Positions 48,423 to 57,621 of a stretch of 57,621 nt of DNA are shown here, piece by piece. The notes below the pieces were generated by a model. That model searched no databases and was not told the DNA's origin. It saw only the letters and a list, made by a program, of their open reading frames with translations. How positions within the stretch are numbered: position 1 is the first letter of the stretch; the number at the start of each line of letters is the position of its first letter. Source of the DNA: Clostridia bacterium (GTDB taxonomy: Bacteria; Bacillota; Clostridia; JAQVDB01); assembly GCA_028698525.1 (NCBI GenBank), contig JAQVDB010000002.1, positions 1 to 57,621 on the forward strand. The letters run 5' to 3'. Both the position numbers and the translations under genes were made by a program.

Positions 48423-49457
48423 TCAATATCTGCCATACTCTTTTGCAGTTTCTACAATTAGCATTGCCTTATCAAAATCCAAAGGGGAAGGATACTCACA
48501 TCCAGTAGATAATATGAATCCACCGTCTTCTTTAAAGGTATCTATTTCTTTTTTACATTCTGCCACTATATCCTCTTTCGATGCCATGGATAACCAGGTA
48601 GGGTCTATATGTCCTATCAATGTAAGATTATCTCCATATTTATCCTTCATATCCTTATATGAATCGCATTCTGCCGCTACGTGCAAGAAAGAAAATGCTA
48701 TGGGCTTTAATCTGTCAATTTGTATGTCGAAATAAGGCCCTTGTCCACAATTATGAATCATCACCATACAACCTTGTTCATGTATATGATTTGCAATATC
48801 CTCCATATACACTCCCTCAAATTCATCCCACATAGCTTCACTCATGATGCTTTTAGAAGCATATAGGGTATCAAACATAATAGCATGAACTCCCGTCTCT
48901 ATTATTGCCGAGCACAGTTCTTTAATAGTTTCTGATATTTCTCTTAAAGCTAAATGTATATATTCTGGTTCATCATGCATATCCATAAATATATTGTCCA
49001 ATCCCCTTAACATACTCAATATCCCTAAAGGACCAAACACAAAAGCTACTATTGGCTTTTGACGCCCACATTCATCTACTAATTTTTTGCATAACTCAAT
49101 ATGTTGACTCATTCTAGGAGTCTTTCTTGGGTCTAACCTTTTAATGTCTTTATAACCTTCTATAGTATTTATAACCCTATTGTTGCTTGGGCATGCTGCC
49201 TTATCTTCAAAATATAATAACTCCTGTCCCCAATCAGCAGCTTCTACAGAAAGATCTACCAAAGTGGTTATAACATCTAATCCTAGCTTTTCTGTCGTCT
49301 TTATAATGGATTCTGCACAAAGATCTACATCTTTAGTCCATTCTTCATAACTGATATCCAATGCCTTTCTGGAAACACTATTTATTATCGGATATACCGG
49401 TACTCTATCCGCTTCTTTATGTTGAAGTATTAGGTTTACCCTTTCCAATGAATTCAT
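48423..49457 (-). CDS. Uroporphyrinogen decarboxylase-family protein (MtaA/CmuA-like methylcobamide methyltransferase type)
   Basis: 344 aa with URO-D fold sequence features (RVPVYPI..., HNCG). It sits downstream of cobT behind a B12 riboswitch. Confidence 0.75.
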   Translation of the reverse strand: MNSLERVNLILQHKEADRVPVYPIINSVSRKALDISYEEWTKDVDLCAESIIKTTEKLGLDVITTLVDLSVEAADWGQELLYFEDKAACPSNNRVINTIEGYKDIKRLDPRKTPRMSQHIELCKKLVDECGRQKPIVAFVFGPLGILSMLRGLDNIFMDMHDEPEYIHLALREISETIKELCSAIIETGVHAIMFDTLYASKSIMSEAMWDEFEGVYMEDIANHIHEQGCMVMIHNCGQGPYFDIQIDRLKPIAFSFLHVAAECDSYKDMKDKYGDNLTLIGHIDPTWLSMASKEDIVAECKKEIDTFKEDGGFILSTGCEYPSPLDFDKAMLIVETAKEYGRY

Positions 49458-49577
49458 AATATAATCACCCTATTCTTTGATATATGAGATGGTAAGCTTT
49501 CATTTGTTATCATTATAACAACGCCTATATCAATTTCTAAGAGTGAAATATGCTAAAATCAGTAATATCTTGCTATA

Positions 49578-50636
49578 TTATAAAGCTCCTGATACACCTG
49601 CATCTTGGAAAGTAGCCATTTCCTTGAGTATCTTAGTTGCACCCTCGACTATATGAAATGCCAATGCACCTCCCGTACCCTCTCCTAGCCTCATATCCAT
49701 ATGCAGTATAGGCTTTAATCCTATCAATTTGAGCATTTCTATGTGCCCCGGCTCTTGAGAAACATGGGAGGCTATCATATAATCTACCGATTTTGGTTGT
49801 ATTTTACTGGCTATCAACGCCCCTGCAGTAGATATAAATCCATCGATAACGATAGGAACTTTATTATATGCAGCTCCTAATATCAACCCAGCAATGCCTG
49901 CTATCTCCAGCCCTCCCACCTTTGAAAGTACATCAATAGCATCTTTGGGATCAGGTTTGTTCAACTCAATAGCTTTCTCAATAGTATCCATCTTTAATTT
50001 CAATCTGTTATCATCCAATCCAGTACCCCTTCCTACCAACTCTCGGATAGGAAGATCTGAATAAACCTTCAGTATTGCACTGCTAGGAGTGGTGTTCCCT
50101 ATACCCATCTCACCTGTTCCAAAAAGCTGTACTCCTTTTTTTACCTGTTGGCTAACAACTTCTATCCCTACTTGGACAGCCGCTATCGCTTCATCCCTGG
50201 ACATGGCAGGACCTTCGGCCATATTATCAGTACCGTATTTCACCTTCCTGTTGATAAACCTGGCATCATCACTTTTTATATCGGATGCTACCCCTACATC
50301 AACGCAGATTATATCTCCCCCCGAATGTTTAGTCAGCACATTGATGGCAGCGCCATCGCTCAAAAAATTAAATATCATCTGAGGAGTCACTTCTGATGGG
50401 AAGGCGCTCACTCCCTCTTTGACAACACCATGATCACCTGCCATTATGGCCACAAGTTTTTTATCAACCCTTGGAAATACATCTCCTGTTATTCCGCCTA
50501 GCTGTATTGCAATCTTTTCAAGCATCCCAAGACTTCCCGGCGGTTTTGCAAGACTATCCAGCCTTTGAGACACCTGGTTCATAGCCTCCCGGTTTAAAGG
50601 ACTTATGTTTTTTACCGCTTTCTCAAATAAATTCAT
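49578..50636 (-). CDS. cobT: Nicotinate-nucleotide--dimethylbenzimidazole phosphoribosyltransferase
   Basis: KPPGSLGMLE, AGDHGV and GEMGIGNTT signatures; 352 aa. Confidence 0.92.
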   Translation of the reverse strand: MNLFEKAVKNISPLNREAMNQVSQRLDSLAKPPGSLGMLEKIAIQLGGITGDVFPRVDKKLVAIMAGDHGVVKEGVSAFPSEVTPQMIFNFLSDGAAINVLTKHSGGDIICVDVGVASDIKSDDARFINRKVKYGTDNMAEGPAMSRDEAIAAVQVGIEVVSQQVKKGVQLFGTGEMGIGNTTPSSAILKVYSDLPIRELVGRGTGLDDNRLKLKMDTIEKAIELNKPDPKDAIDVLSKVGGLEIAGIAGLILGAAYNKVPIVIDGFISTAGALIASKIQPKSVDYMIASHVSQEPGHIEMLKLIGLKPILHMDMRLGEGTGGALAFHIVEGATKILKEMATFQDAGVSGAL

Positions 50637-50661
50637 GATAATCCCTCCATTTATTTATAAA

Positions 50662-50885
50662 TAAAAAAGTTCTCAAATGCACGCAAAAAGCATTTGAGAA
50701 CTTTACCATCATCCTCATAAAACTCACAAAACAGGCAGGTCTCCTGGCTCTGATTCATAGGTACTGCTCAACCTTCCCGGCAACGGCCAGTGGTTTTGAT
50801 AACTTAAGCAGCAGCTCATCATTACAGTGGCGGGTCCGCTCGGGATTTTCACCCGGTTCCCTATTCTCCCTGTGTATGGGCACCT
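50662..50885 (-). promoter_or_regulatory. Cobalamin riboswitch with terminator expression platform, upstream of cobT
   Basis: On the minus strand: AGGGAACCGGGTGAAAATCCCGAGCGGACCCGCCACTGTAA; GCCACTGG..GGGAAGG; B12 box AGCCAGGAGACCTGCC. The terminator stem is 50668-50680/50690-50702 plus a U-run. Confidence 0.9.
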
Positions 50886-50925
50886 ATTTTGATATATGTA
50901 CTTTTCATTTAATTATATCACATGT

Positions 50926-51786
50926 TCACGCCTTACCATCGCATCCGCATAACCTTATTTTCTCCATCACCACATGCTTTACTGCCTCCCGGGCAGCACC
51001 TAGATATACCTTAGGAGCGAATAATTCCAAATCATCATTCAGTTTATCTCTAATGGCTTGGGTAAAAGGTATCCTCAGTTCAGTTGCAATATTCACCTTG
51101 TTTATTCCACCTTTTATAGCCTTTTTAACATCCTCATCCGGAACACCCGAAGCGCCATGCAACACTAGTGGTATATTCAACAGCTCCCTTATCTCTTTCA
51201 ATCTTTCAAAATCCAGTTTAGGCTGTCCCTTATATATGCCATGGGCAGTACCTATAGCAATGGCTAAATAGTCTACCCCTGTCTTTTCTACAAACTCTTT
51301 AGCCTGATCTGGTTCAGTATAAATAGCATCTTTTTGATCGACTTCTATATTATCCTCTTTTCCTCCCACTTTCCCCAGCTCTGCCTCTACAGGTATACCG
51401 TTTATATGAGCTAAGTCCGCAACTTTTTTGGTTATCTCTATATTTTGTTCAAAAGTAAGTTTAGACCCATCTATCATTAGAGAAGTATAGCCTTCCCTTA
51501 TCGCTTTAACGGCCAAATCATAGCTATCTCCATGATCCAAATGTAAAGCTACAGGTATCGCACTGTTTATAGCAGCAGTAAAAACATTTGCATAAAAAAA
51601 CTTAAGACCTGTATGTGCAATGCTGGAAGGTGTAGTTTGTACTATCACCGGCGAATTGAGCTGCTCCGCACCTTCTACCACAGCCTGAACGGTCTCCATA
51701 TTCTCTACATTAAATGCCGCAACAGCGTATCCACCTTGCATAGCGTCATATAAAATCTGTTTGCTTGAAACTAAAGGCATTTTCAT
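50926..51786 (-). CDS. fba: Class II fructose/tagatose-bisphosphate aldolase
   Basis: AFNVENMETVQAV..., LHLDHG and VLHGASG motifs; 286 aa. Confidence 0.88.
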   Translation of the reverse strand: MKMPLVSSKQILYDAMQGGYAVAAFNVENMETVQAVVEGAEQLNSPVIVQTTPSSIAHTGLKFFYANVFTAAINSAIPVALHLDHGDSYDLAVKAIREGYTSLMIDGSKLTFEQNIEITKKVADLAHINGIPVEAELGKVGGKEDNIEVDQKDAIYTEPDQAKEFVEKTGVDYLAIAIGTAHGIYKGQPKLDFERLKEIRELLNIPLVLHGASGVPDEDVKKAIKGGINKVNIATELRIPFTQAIRDKLNDDLELFAPKVYLGAAREAVKHVVMEKIRLCGCDGKA

Positions 51787-51824
51787 TACTCCTTTTCAAC
51801 ATAATGGTCACAATCACCATTTTA

Positions 51825-52280
51825 TCAAAGTTTTGCCGTTTTGGGTAATATTTTTTTGAAATACTCTAAAAACTTTTTTTCCTGCTCCATAACTTCAAAC
51901 AGCAATTGGCTTATATATAGGTTTAAGTCATCATTCCCGGATACTGTTTTATGATAATCCTTGCACAACTTTTGCTGCAAAACTATGTCCATCTTCAATA
52001 AGTTTTGATAAATCACATCTTTTTGATTATATCTTGCAACCATCCTAACCAACCTGTTCATGTTTTCACATTGTATATCCGGCTGTACTCCCAATTCATT
52101 TATATACTGACTTAACCATTCTATGTGTTCCTCATGTTTTTTAGAAAATTCCAGTAAAGTACAAGAAAATTCTCTATCTATCAGCTTCATTTTATTATAC
52201 TGAGCTCGATAAAACACAAGGACATTGTTCTCAAACTTATAAAGCCATATCAAATCACATAGAATATTCCGTTCCTCCAT
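51825..52280 (-). CDS. Hypothetical helical protein
   Basis: 151-aa ORF in an operon-like position between the ribokinase and aldolase genes. I recognise no family. Confidence 0.4.
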   Translation of the reverse strand: MEERNILCDLIWLYKFENNVLVFYRAQYNKMKLIDREFSCTLLEFSKKHEEHIEWLSQYINELGVQPDIQCENMNRLVRMVARYNQKDVIYQNLLKMDIVLQQKLCKDYHKTVSGNDDLNLYISQLLFEVMEQEKKFLEYFKKILPKTAKL

Positions 52281-52413
52281 GCTTTTCTATCCTCTTTCTA
52301 TTTTTGGTAGCAATTGCCACATAAAACCTGATATGCTCCCAGCAGACTCTCTTATTTCTATGTAGTTCCATATTTCCCCAAATAGTGATTTTTTATTCAA
52401 TATGAGGTGTGAA

Positions 52414-53337
52414 TTATAATTCACGCCTCATATATTTTTCCACATTATGCAAACAAGGTATTGAACTTTGTGCCCCTTTTCGGGTAACCGCAAGCCCTGA
52501 TGCTACTACTGCAAACTTGAGGGAATCCTCCATACTCTTCCCTGTGGCTAATCTGCTCACTAAAGCTCCTGTAAAAGTATCGCCGGCTGCTGTAGTGTCT
52601 ACTGCCTCTACATGTAATGCCGGGATATGAATTTCCGATTGGCCATTAAAATAAAATATACCATTTTCGCCCATGCTTATCACCACATGATCAACACCCC
52701 TTTGTATGAATATATCGGCAGCTTTTTTGGCATCTTGTAAACTATTCACATCTATTCCGGTTAGTATGCTACACTCTGTTTCGTTAGGCTTTATAAGATC
52801 CACGTTTTGCATCAATTCATCTTTAAGCTGCACCGCAGGAGCAGGATCAAGCACTACAAACTTTCCGTGTTTTTTTGCAATCTTACATACATACTCTATG
52901 ACAGGCATGGGTATCTCCAACTGCATTAGAATATAATCACTTTCACGTATTACATACTCTATATGGGATATATATTCAATATCCATACTTGCATTGGCCC
53001 CAGCATCTAATATGATAGAATTATCCCCATCTTTATCTACTATTATCACAGCCACTCCTGTAGTTTTATCTTGTACTTGTCTTATATGATCTGTATATAC
53101 ATTGTTGTCTTTAAGATTTTTTAACAATGCTTTTCCATTGGTATCAGCACCAACACAGCCTGCCATGGAAACAAAGCCACCCAACCTGGCGGCAGCAACT
53201 GCCTGATTTGCACCTTTGCCTCCTGGGCTCATTATAAAGCTCCTTCCGCTCAAGGTCTCTCCGGTGCGGGGTATCCTATCTGTGTATATGCTCATATCCA
53301 TGTTAAGACTTCCCACAACAAGTATACGTTCTTTCAA
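52414..53337 (-). CDS. rbsK: Ribokinase / PfkB-family sugar kinase
   Basis: VVGSLNMD..., GGKGANQAVAAARLG and DTTAAGDTFTGA motifs. Confidence 0.85.
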   Translation of the reverse strand: MKERILVVGSLNMDMSIYTDRIPRTGETLSGRSFIMSPGGKGANQAVAAARLGGFVSMAGCVGADTNGKALLKNLKDNNVYTDHIRQVQDKTTGVAVIIVDKDGDNSIILDAGANASMDIEYISHIEYVIRESDYILMQLEIPMPVIEYVCKIAKKHGKFVVLDPAPAVQLKDELMQNVDLIKPNETECSILTGIDVNSLQDAKKAADIFIQRGVDHVVISMGENGIFYFNGQSEIHIPALHVEAVDTTAAGDTFTGALVSRLATGKSMEDSLKFAVVASGLAVTRKGAQSSIPCLHNVEKYMRREL

Positions 53338-53454
53338 ACCTTCACCTCCTTATTGCCGTAATATCATGCACAGACCGACTAGCAGTAAATCTATCCATGA
53401 ACTTTAATTTACTTATATTGTATATGCCATTTATGTATACTGCAATATCTAATG

Positions 53455-53490
53455 ATAAAAAAAGGGACTAGCCAATAACTCTAGTCCCTT
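53455..53490 (-). terminator. Intrinsic terminator after the DUF815 gene
   Basis: 9-bp stem 53463-53471/53481-53489 (agggactag/ctagtccct) followed on the minus strand by a U7 run. Confidence 0.7.
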
Positions 53491-53508
53491 GCTGGCTTTT
53501 CAGCCTAT

Positions 53509-54798
53509 CTATTGCCCCATCTCTGCTTTTAAATAATCGATAAACTGCCGCGCTGTCCTTCCCGACCTGCCGTTTTGGCTCATCTCCCACTGAACAGCCA
53601 TTTGATTTAGCTTTTGCCTATCCATATTTATCCCATTGGAACGAGCAAGTCCAAATACTATATCCAAATATTCCCTCTGGTTTGGAGCTGTATATATTAC
53701 AGTTATTCCGAACCTATCTGCCAAGGATAACTTTTCCTGGAGAGTATCCTGCATCCTCACCTCTCCGTTGTCTTGGGCCTTTCTATCTGAAAACATCTCT
53801 TTTATCAGATGACGCCTGTTGGAAGTAGCATATATGACCACATTTTTAGGTAAAGGCTGTATCCTCCCCTCCAACAAAGCCTTTAATTCCCTATACTCTC
53901 CTTCATCCTCGTTAAATGAAAGGTCATCTATAAACAATATGAATTTTACCGGGTTGTTTTCTAAAATCCTTACAATATCAATAAGGTGGATAAAATCATC
54001 TTTTGAAATCTCCACCAACCTCAAACCTTCTAAACAATATTGATTGACTAGCGCCTTTACAGTAGATGATTTACCAGTCCCCCTATCTCCGTAAAGCAAA
54101 ACATTGTTGGCCTTGAAGCCTTTCAATAATTTTATAGTATTATCAACCACTTTATCTATCTGGTACTGGTACCCTATAAGATCATCCAACATTATATCAT
54201 CAACATTGTCTATACCCTCTAATGCTCCCCTTCTCCATCTGAATGCTTTATACTTGTTAAAAATGCCGGTGCCGGAATCTGAATAAAACCGCCATAACTT
54301 TCCAAGCAGTCCATCCCAGCCCCGAATCCTATCAAACTCCTGTTTTATCTTTTTTCTATTATTATTCCATGTAATGTTGCCCTTTGTAATATCATGCCAT
54401 TTAGGCAATCCATGATAACCTATACATCCCATCAGTTGATCAAAATCAACTCTGTATAGCTGCTCTAGGTGCTTTAGATCGCTCTTCACCGCTTCTTTTA
54501 TAGAATCGCCTAGCTCTGATAGATGATACTGTGCAGCATTTTGACTGAAGACATTATCATCCTGAAGTATAAAATCCAATATATAATTTCCCCAGGCATC
54601 ATTTATACCTTCATATTCCAGCCTTTCACCGTAATCTAACAGCAATGAGCATAATTTATAATACTGGTCTATAGCTGTATTATAGTCTTTGTTATCCAAT
54701 GAAAGCATCAAATGATAGAATTTTTTAAATATATCCTGTTGCCTTATCTTATAGAAAACTATCAATCTATCCCATGTCCGGTTATGCAATATTACCAC
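53509..54798 (-). CDS. DUF815-type AAA ATPase
   Basis: Walker A LLYGDRGTGKSSTVKAL and Walker B FILFIDDLSF in the C-terminal half; 429 aa. Confidence 0.75.
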   Translation of the reverse strand: MVILHNRTWDRLIVFYKIRQQDIFKKFYHLMLSLDNKDYNTAIDQYYKLCSLLLDYGERLEYEGINDAWGNYILDFILQDDNVFSQNAAQYHLSELGDSIKEAVKSDLKHLEQLYRVDFDQLMGCIGYHGLPKWHDITKGNITWNNNRKKIKQEFDRIRGWDGLLGKLWRFYSDSGTGIFNKYKAFRWRRGALEGIDNVDDIMLDDLIGYQYQIDKVVDNTIKLLKGFKANNVLLYGDRGTGKSSTVKALVNQYCLEGLRLVEISKDDFIHLIDIVRILENNPVKFILFIDDLSFNEDEGEYRELKALLEGRIQPLPKNVVIYATSNRRHLIKEMFSDRKAQDNGEVRMQDTLQEKLSLADRFGITVIYTAPNQREYLDIVFGLARSNGINMDRQKLNQMAVQWEMSQNGRSGRTARQFIDYLKAEMGQ

Positions 54799-54806
54799 AC
54801 CTCATA

Positions 54807-56132
54807 TCAAGATTTTATTATAATATTGGGGGCAACCATATACCCTTCCATATTCGCTATTATATTATTTTTGCTCAATCTTGTATATAGACCGCTGAAC
54901 TTTCTATTATACATATAAAGACCCAAAATATAATTGTAAGGCTGGATTTCTAAATTCCCTTCATCGTCAAACACTACAAAATCCCCCTGCCCAGGCTGAT
55001 AAAATTCCTGTAATATATATTCTCCCTTGTATTTAGCATCATATATTATATTCTTCCATTCATACTCACTATAATCTCTGCCTAAATAGACACCTTTCCC
55101 TGCATATCTGTCCTGATGCTTTAAAACTAATTCATCCTTGTTTTCCATCATATAGGCGATCTGATCTGCACTCCCGTCAAACACCCGGGTATAGGGTATA
55201 TATTTGTTAATAAAATCCCTCTCCTGCCGGTTTAAAAATGATGTTTTTTTATCATCCTTCAATATAGCAAACAGCTTTTTGTTATGCATTATTTGAGATC
55301 TCATAGGACCAACAACACATACAGCTCCATCCTTATATGCATCCAAAAAATCCTTGACCTGTTCTGACCTCTCCACAAGCTCCCAGGTCAAGGCACGTCT
55401 GTACACTAAGTCAATTCTGAAATCTTTATAATAAAGCTTGCCGTTTTTATATTCTAAAACTCTGGGGTCTGCTATCACTGTTGGAAAACCTTTTTTTTCA
55501 AACCTTTTCTTAAACTCCTCAAATTCTTCCACAGTGGCTACTCCATCCCAATCAACTATAGCTACATTAGGATTGTCGCTGCCTCCGTATTCCCTATATA
55601 AACCTATTATCTCCTCAATCCATGAATAGAAAAGTTCATGATAATATAGACGATGTCGTTTTTGCAAGTTTTTAATTATATCTGATTGAAAAAATATCCT
55701 TTCAAGGGTATTGGTCTCATTCATTGCAGAAGTACCATCTCCGTTAAACTCACAGAATTTAAAATCATCATGGTATTTATAAAATACATCAAACCTGGCC
55801 ATAGGTGCATTGGTAGAATACCCGGGATCCACCAATATCAATTGTTCCATCAGATCAGAAAAACCAAAATGTTCTCTAAACTGTTTATTCCGCAAATATT
55901 CTTGTATCACTTTGTCAATTATATTCATCAGCATTTCACTAGCTGTTTTAAGCCTTTCAATGTCAGTACTATCAAAAAACATAGGCTGATACAAGAAATC
56001 TATTGTCCGTCCTTTGTACTTTGCTGTAGAATTCTCCACTTTGCGCTTTATTTCTAAATAATCACTATGATATATGGATTTTCTATGAACAACTTCATTT
56101 ATATATTCGTCAATCACATGTTGTGAACTCAT
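54807..56132 (-). CDS. ATP-grasp protein resembling eukaryotic-type (circularly permuted) glutathione synthetase
   Basis: It overlaps the glutamate-cysteine ligase gene by 23 nt, suggesting translational coupling. CEFNGDGTSAMNE resembles the E-x-N-t-x-S substrate-loop motif of eukaryotic GS. This assignment is from memory only. Confidence 0.5.
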   Translation of the reverse strand: MSSQHVIDEYINEVVHRKSIYHSDYLEIKRKVENSTAKYKGRTIDFLYQPMFFDSTDIERLKTASEMLMNIIDKVIQEYLRNKQFREHFGFSDLMEQLILVDPGYSTNAPMARFDVFYKYHDDFKFCEFNGDGTSAMNETNTLERIFFQSDIIKNLQKRHRLYYHELFYSWIEEIIGLYREYGGSDNPNVAIVDWDGVATVEEFEEFKKRFEKKGFPTVIADPRVLEYKNGKLYYKDFRIDLVYRRALTWELVERSEQVKDFLDAYKDGAVCVVGPMRSQIMHNKKLFAILKDDKKTSFLNRQERDFINKYIPYTRVFDGSADQIAYMMENKDELVLKHQDRYAGKGVYLGRDYSEYEWKNIIYDAKYKGEYILQEFYQPGQGDFVVFDDEGNLEIQPYNYILGLYMYNRKFSGLYTRLSKNNIIANMEGYMVAPNIIIKS

Positions 56133-57444
56133 AGTCTGCCACCTTTTCCTTTTTTACAAGATCATTCAATATACAATGTTGTAATGCTTCTTTCTTACCG
56201 TTGCCTAACCTGTCTCTTATTATATCTGCAGGGGTCATACCTTGCTGCAAAATACTTTCAAGGGATTTTAGATATAGCTTCTCTTTGTTATTCAACCCTT
56301 GGTAAGAGATTTGCACAATATCCTGCATTATATCCTTTATGCTGTCCGATCCCAGCTTTGTAAATATACCATCATTTATTATATTGATTTTCCCGTCAAA
56401 TATCTGCTGTCCATCGAATTTGTCCATATATTCATAGAATTTTTTATAGCTTTGAACATCATAAAAAAGTCCCTTTATCAATGCAATAAATGAAAAACTA
56501 AGTGGATATGGTACAGAATCTGCCATCCTTATTTCCACATATTGTTTCGCTCTCACATCAGGAAAAAACATTGTCAAAACATGTTCTATTTCCTCATCGG
56601 TAAAGGTATCAGGGTCAAATATATCTTTAAACGGTGTTTTACCGGTAAATTCCATTTTACCTTTTCTGTGTATAAAAATAGGAGGATTGTTCAGTATGTA
56701 CTCTGCATACTTTTCAAACCCGAAGTCCTCATCAAAAGTATAAGGCATTATTCCACACCTATCCCTATCACAGCTGGACCATATCATGGCCCGTGCTGCT
56801 TTTTTTTCAAACAATCTGCCTTCAAAGAAAGGACTGTTATCAAAAACCGCAGATACTATAGGTGAAAGCTTATTTGCCACCTTAAACTTCCTCATAAAAT
56901 CACGCTCATCGGAATAATCTATGCTCACTTGAAGAGCTGCACTGCCCTTCATCATATTATGGGCATAACAACCTTTATCTTTAAGGTATTCGGACATATA
57001 TTTATATCTTTCTTTTGGATTCCAAGGTATATCCTTTATACTGCTTTCAGGCTGATAACCCAGCGCCAGCAGTATTTTTCCTTCTTGATGGAGAATAGGT
57101 ATTATATCATTTAAAAAATCGAAATATCTTTTTTCTATCTCATAAATAGTTTTACAAGGCTTGACGCTAAGTTCCACCTGGCCCCCTGGTTCCAATGTCA
57201 CTGTATCCCCATCTTTGATAAGTCCTACGAGATAACTATCTTCATACATCCCTTCCCAGCCTGCATCCATCATCCTACTCAATATATATTCAATGCCCTT
57301 GTCTCCATAATATGACACAAACTTAAGATCATCCTCATTTACTACAAAATGCTCAAATTCAGCCCCTAATGCATATGCCCCAACATCTTTGCACTGCCTT
57401 TCAAGATAATCTGCCAACCTGTTAACCTGCCTTTTATAGCTCAC
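56110..57444 (-). CDS. gshA: Glutamate--cysteine ligase (plant/proteobacterial GCS-like family)
   Basis: GAEFEHFVV and TLEPGGQVELS motifs typical of this GCL family. 444 aa; GTG start behind AGGTGGA. Confidence 0.75.
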   Translation of the reverse strand: MSYKRQVNRLADYLERQCKDVGAYALGAEFEHFVVNEDDLKFVSYYGDKGIEYILSRMMDAGWEGMYEDSYLVGLIKDGDTVTLEPGGQVELSVKPCKTIYEIEKRYFDFLNDIIPILHQEGKILLALGYQPESSIKDIPWNPKERYKYMSEYLKDKGCYAHNMMKGSAALQVSIDYSDERDFMRKFKVANKLSPIVSAVFDNSPFFEGRLFEKKAARAMIWSSCDRDRCGIMPYTFDEDFGFEKYAEYILNNPPIFIHRKGKMEFTGKTPFKDIFDPDTFTDEEIEHVLTMFFPDVRAKQYVEIRMADSVPYPLSFSFIALIKGLFYDVQSYKKFYEYMDKFDGQQIFDGKINIINDGIFTKLGSDSIKDIMQDIVQISYQGLNNKEKLYLKSLESILQQGMTPADIIRDRLGNGKKEALQHCILNDLVKKEKVADYEFTTCD

Positions 57445-57621
57445 TATCTTTCCACCTACTTAATAAGTTATTTGCGTGAGTAAAGAATATCGTGTACACC
57501 TCACAGTTCTCTATATACCCATTTTATGTTATAAAAAACTTGAACCATATTATATATATAATATGGCATCATCTTCTTTTTTATATGATTTGTGTTAGTG
57601 AAAATGAGTTGCCCTTTCCTG

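Noticed and set aside
50876-51271. 131-aa plus-strand ORF overlapping the aldolase 3' end and the edge of the B12 riboswitch
   Set aside because: It is antisense to a well-supported class II aldolase and is an artefact.
1-57621. CRISPR arrays, IS elements, prophage or integrase genes, toxin-antitoxin or known defence systems
   Set aside because: I scanned the intergenic regions and the ORF list. I found no short direct-repeat arrays, transposase or integrase-like ORFs, or defence-gene signatures.

Overview
This is a low-GC, Clostridia-type Firmicute chromosomal window, with most genes on the minus strand. It is mainly core housekeeping: the origin-proximal block mfd-pth-prs-glmU-spoVG-purR/murC, then fhs, polX, a feoAB iron-uptake locus with a DtxR/MntR-family repressor, hom, an rsbV-rsbW-sigB stress operon, proS behind a T-box leader, and trkAH. 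It continues with an ApbE/NusG-II/Gx flavinylation-type cluster with Fur and an ECF sigma, two tandem SNF-family transporters, a metH methionine-synthase operon, and cobT behind a cobalamin riboswitch. The last block holds aldolase/ribokinase genes and a glutamate-cysteine ligase/ATP-grasp/DUF815 cluster. I saw no CRISPR array, IS element, integrase or recognisable defence genes. The standout is a non-coding element of about 450 nt in two same-orientation copies about 6.55 kb apart (about 18480-18940 and 25036-25490). It has no credible ORF and folds on the minus strand into at least eight helices with GNRA tetraloops. Five of the six point differences between the copies are structure-neutral, but only if the minus strand is the RNA. 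One internal hairpin domain has been swapped and carries a double compensatory change. One copy lies next to a lone tRNA-Ala(GGC). I cannot assign it to any RNA class I know by sequence signature. Secondary observations include a perfect 22-bp palindromic operator candidate in front of feoA, a two-ORF FeoB, a ThyX-fold protein lacking the ThyX catalytic motif, a 108-nt compound hairpin downstream of mfd, and several conserved gene pairs of unknown function.
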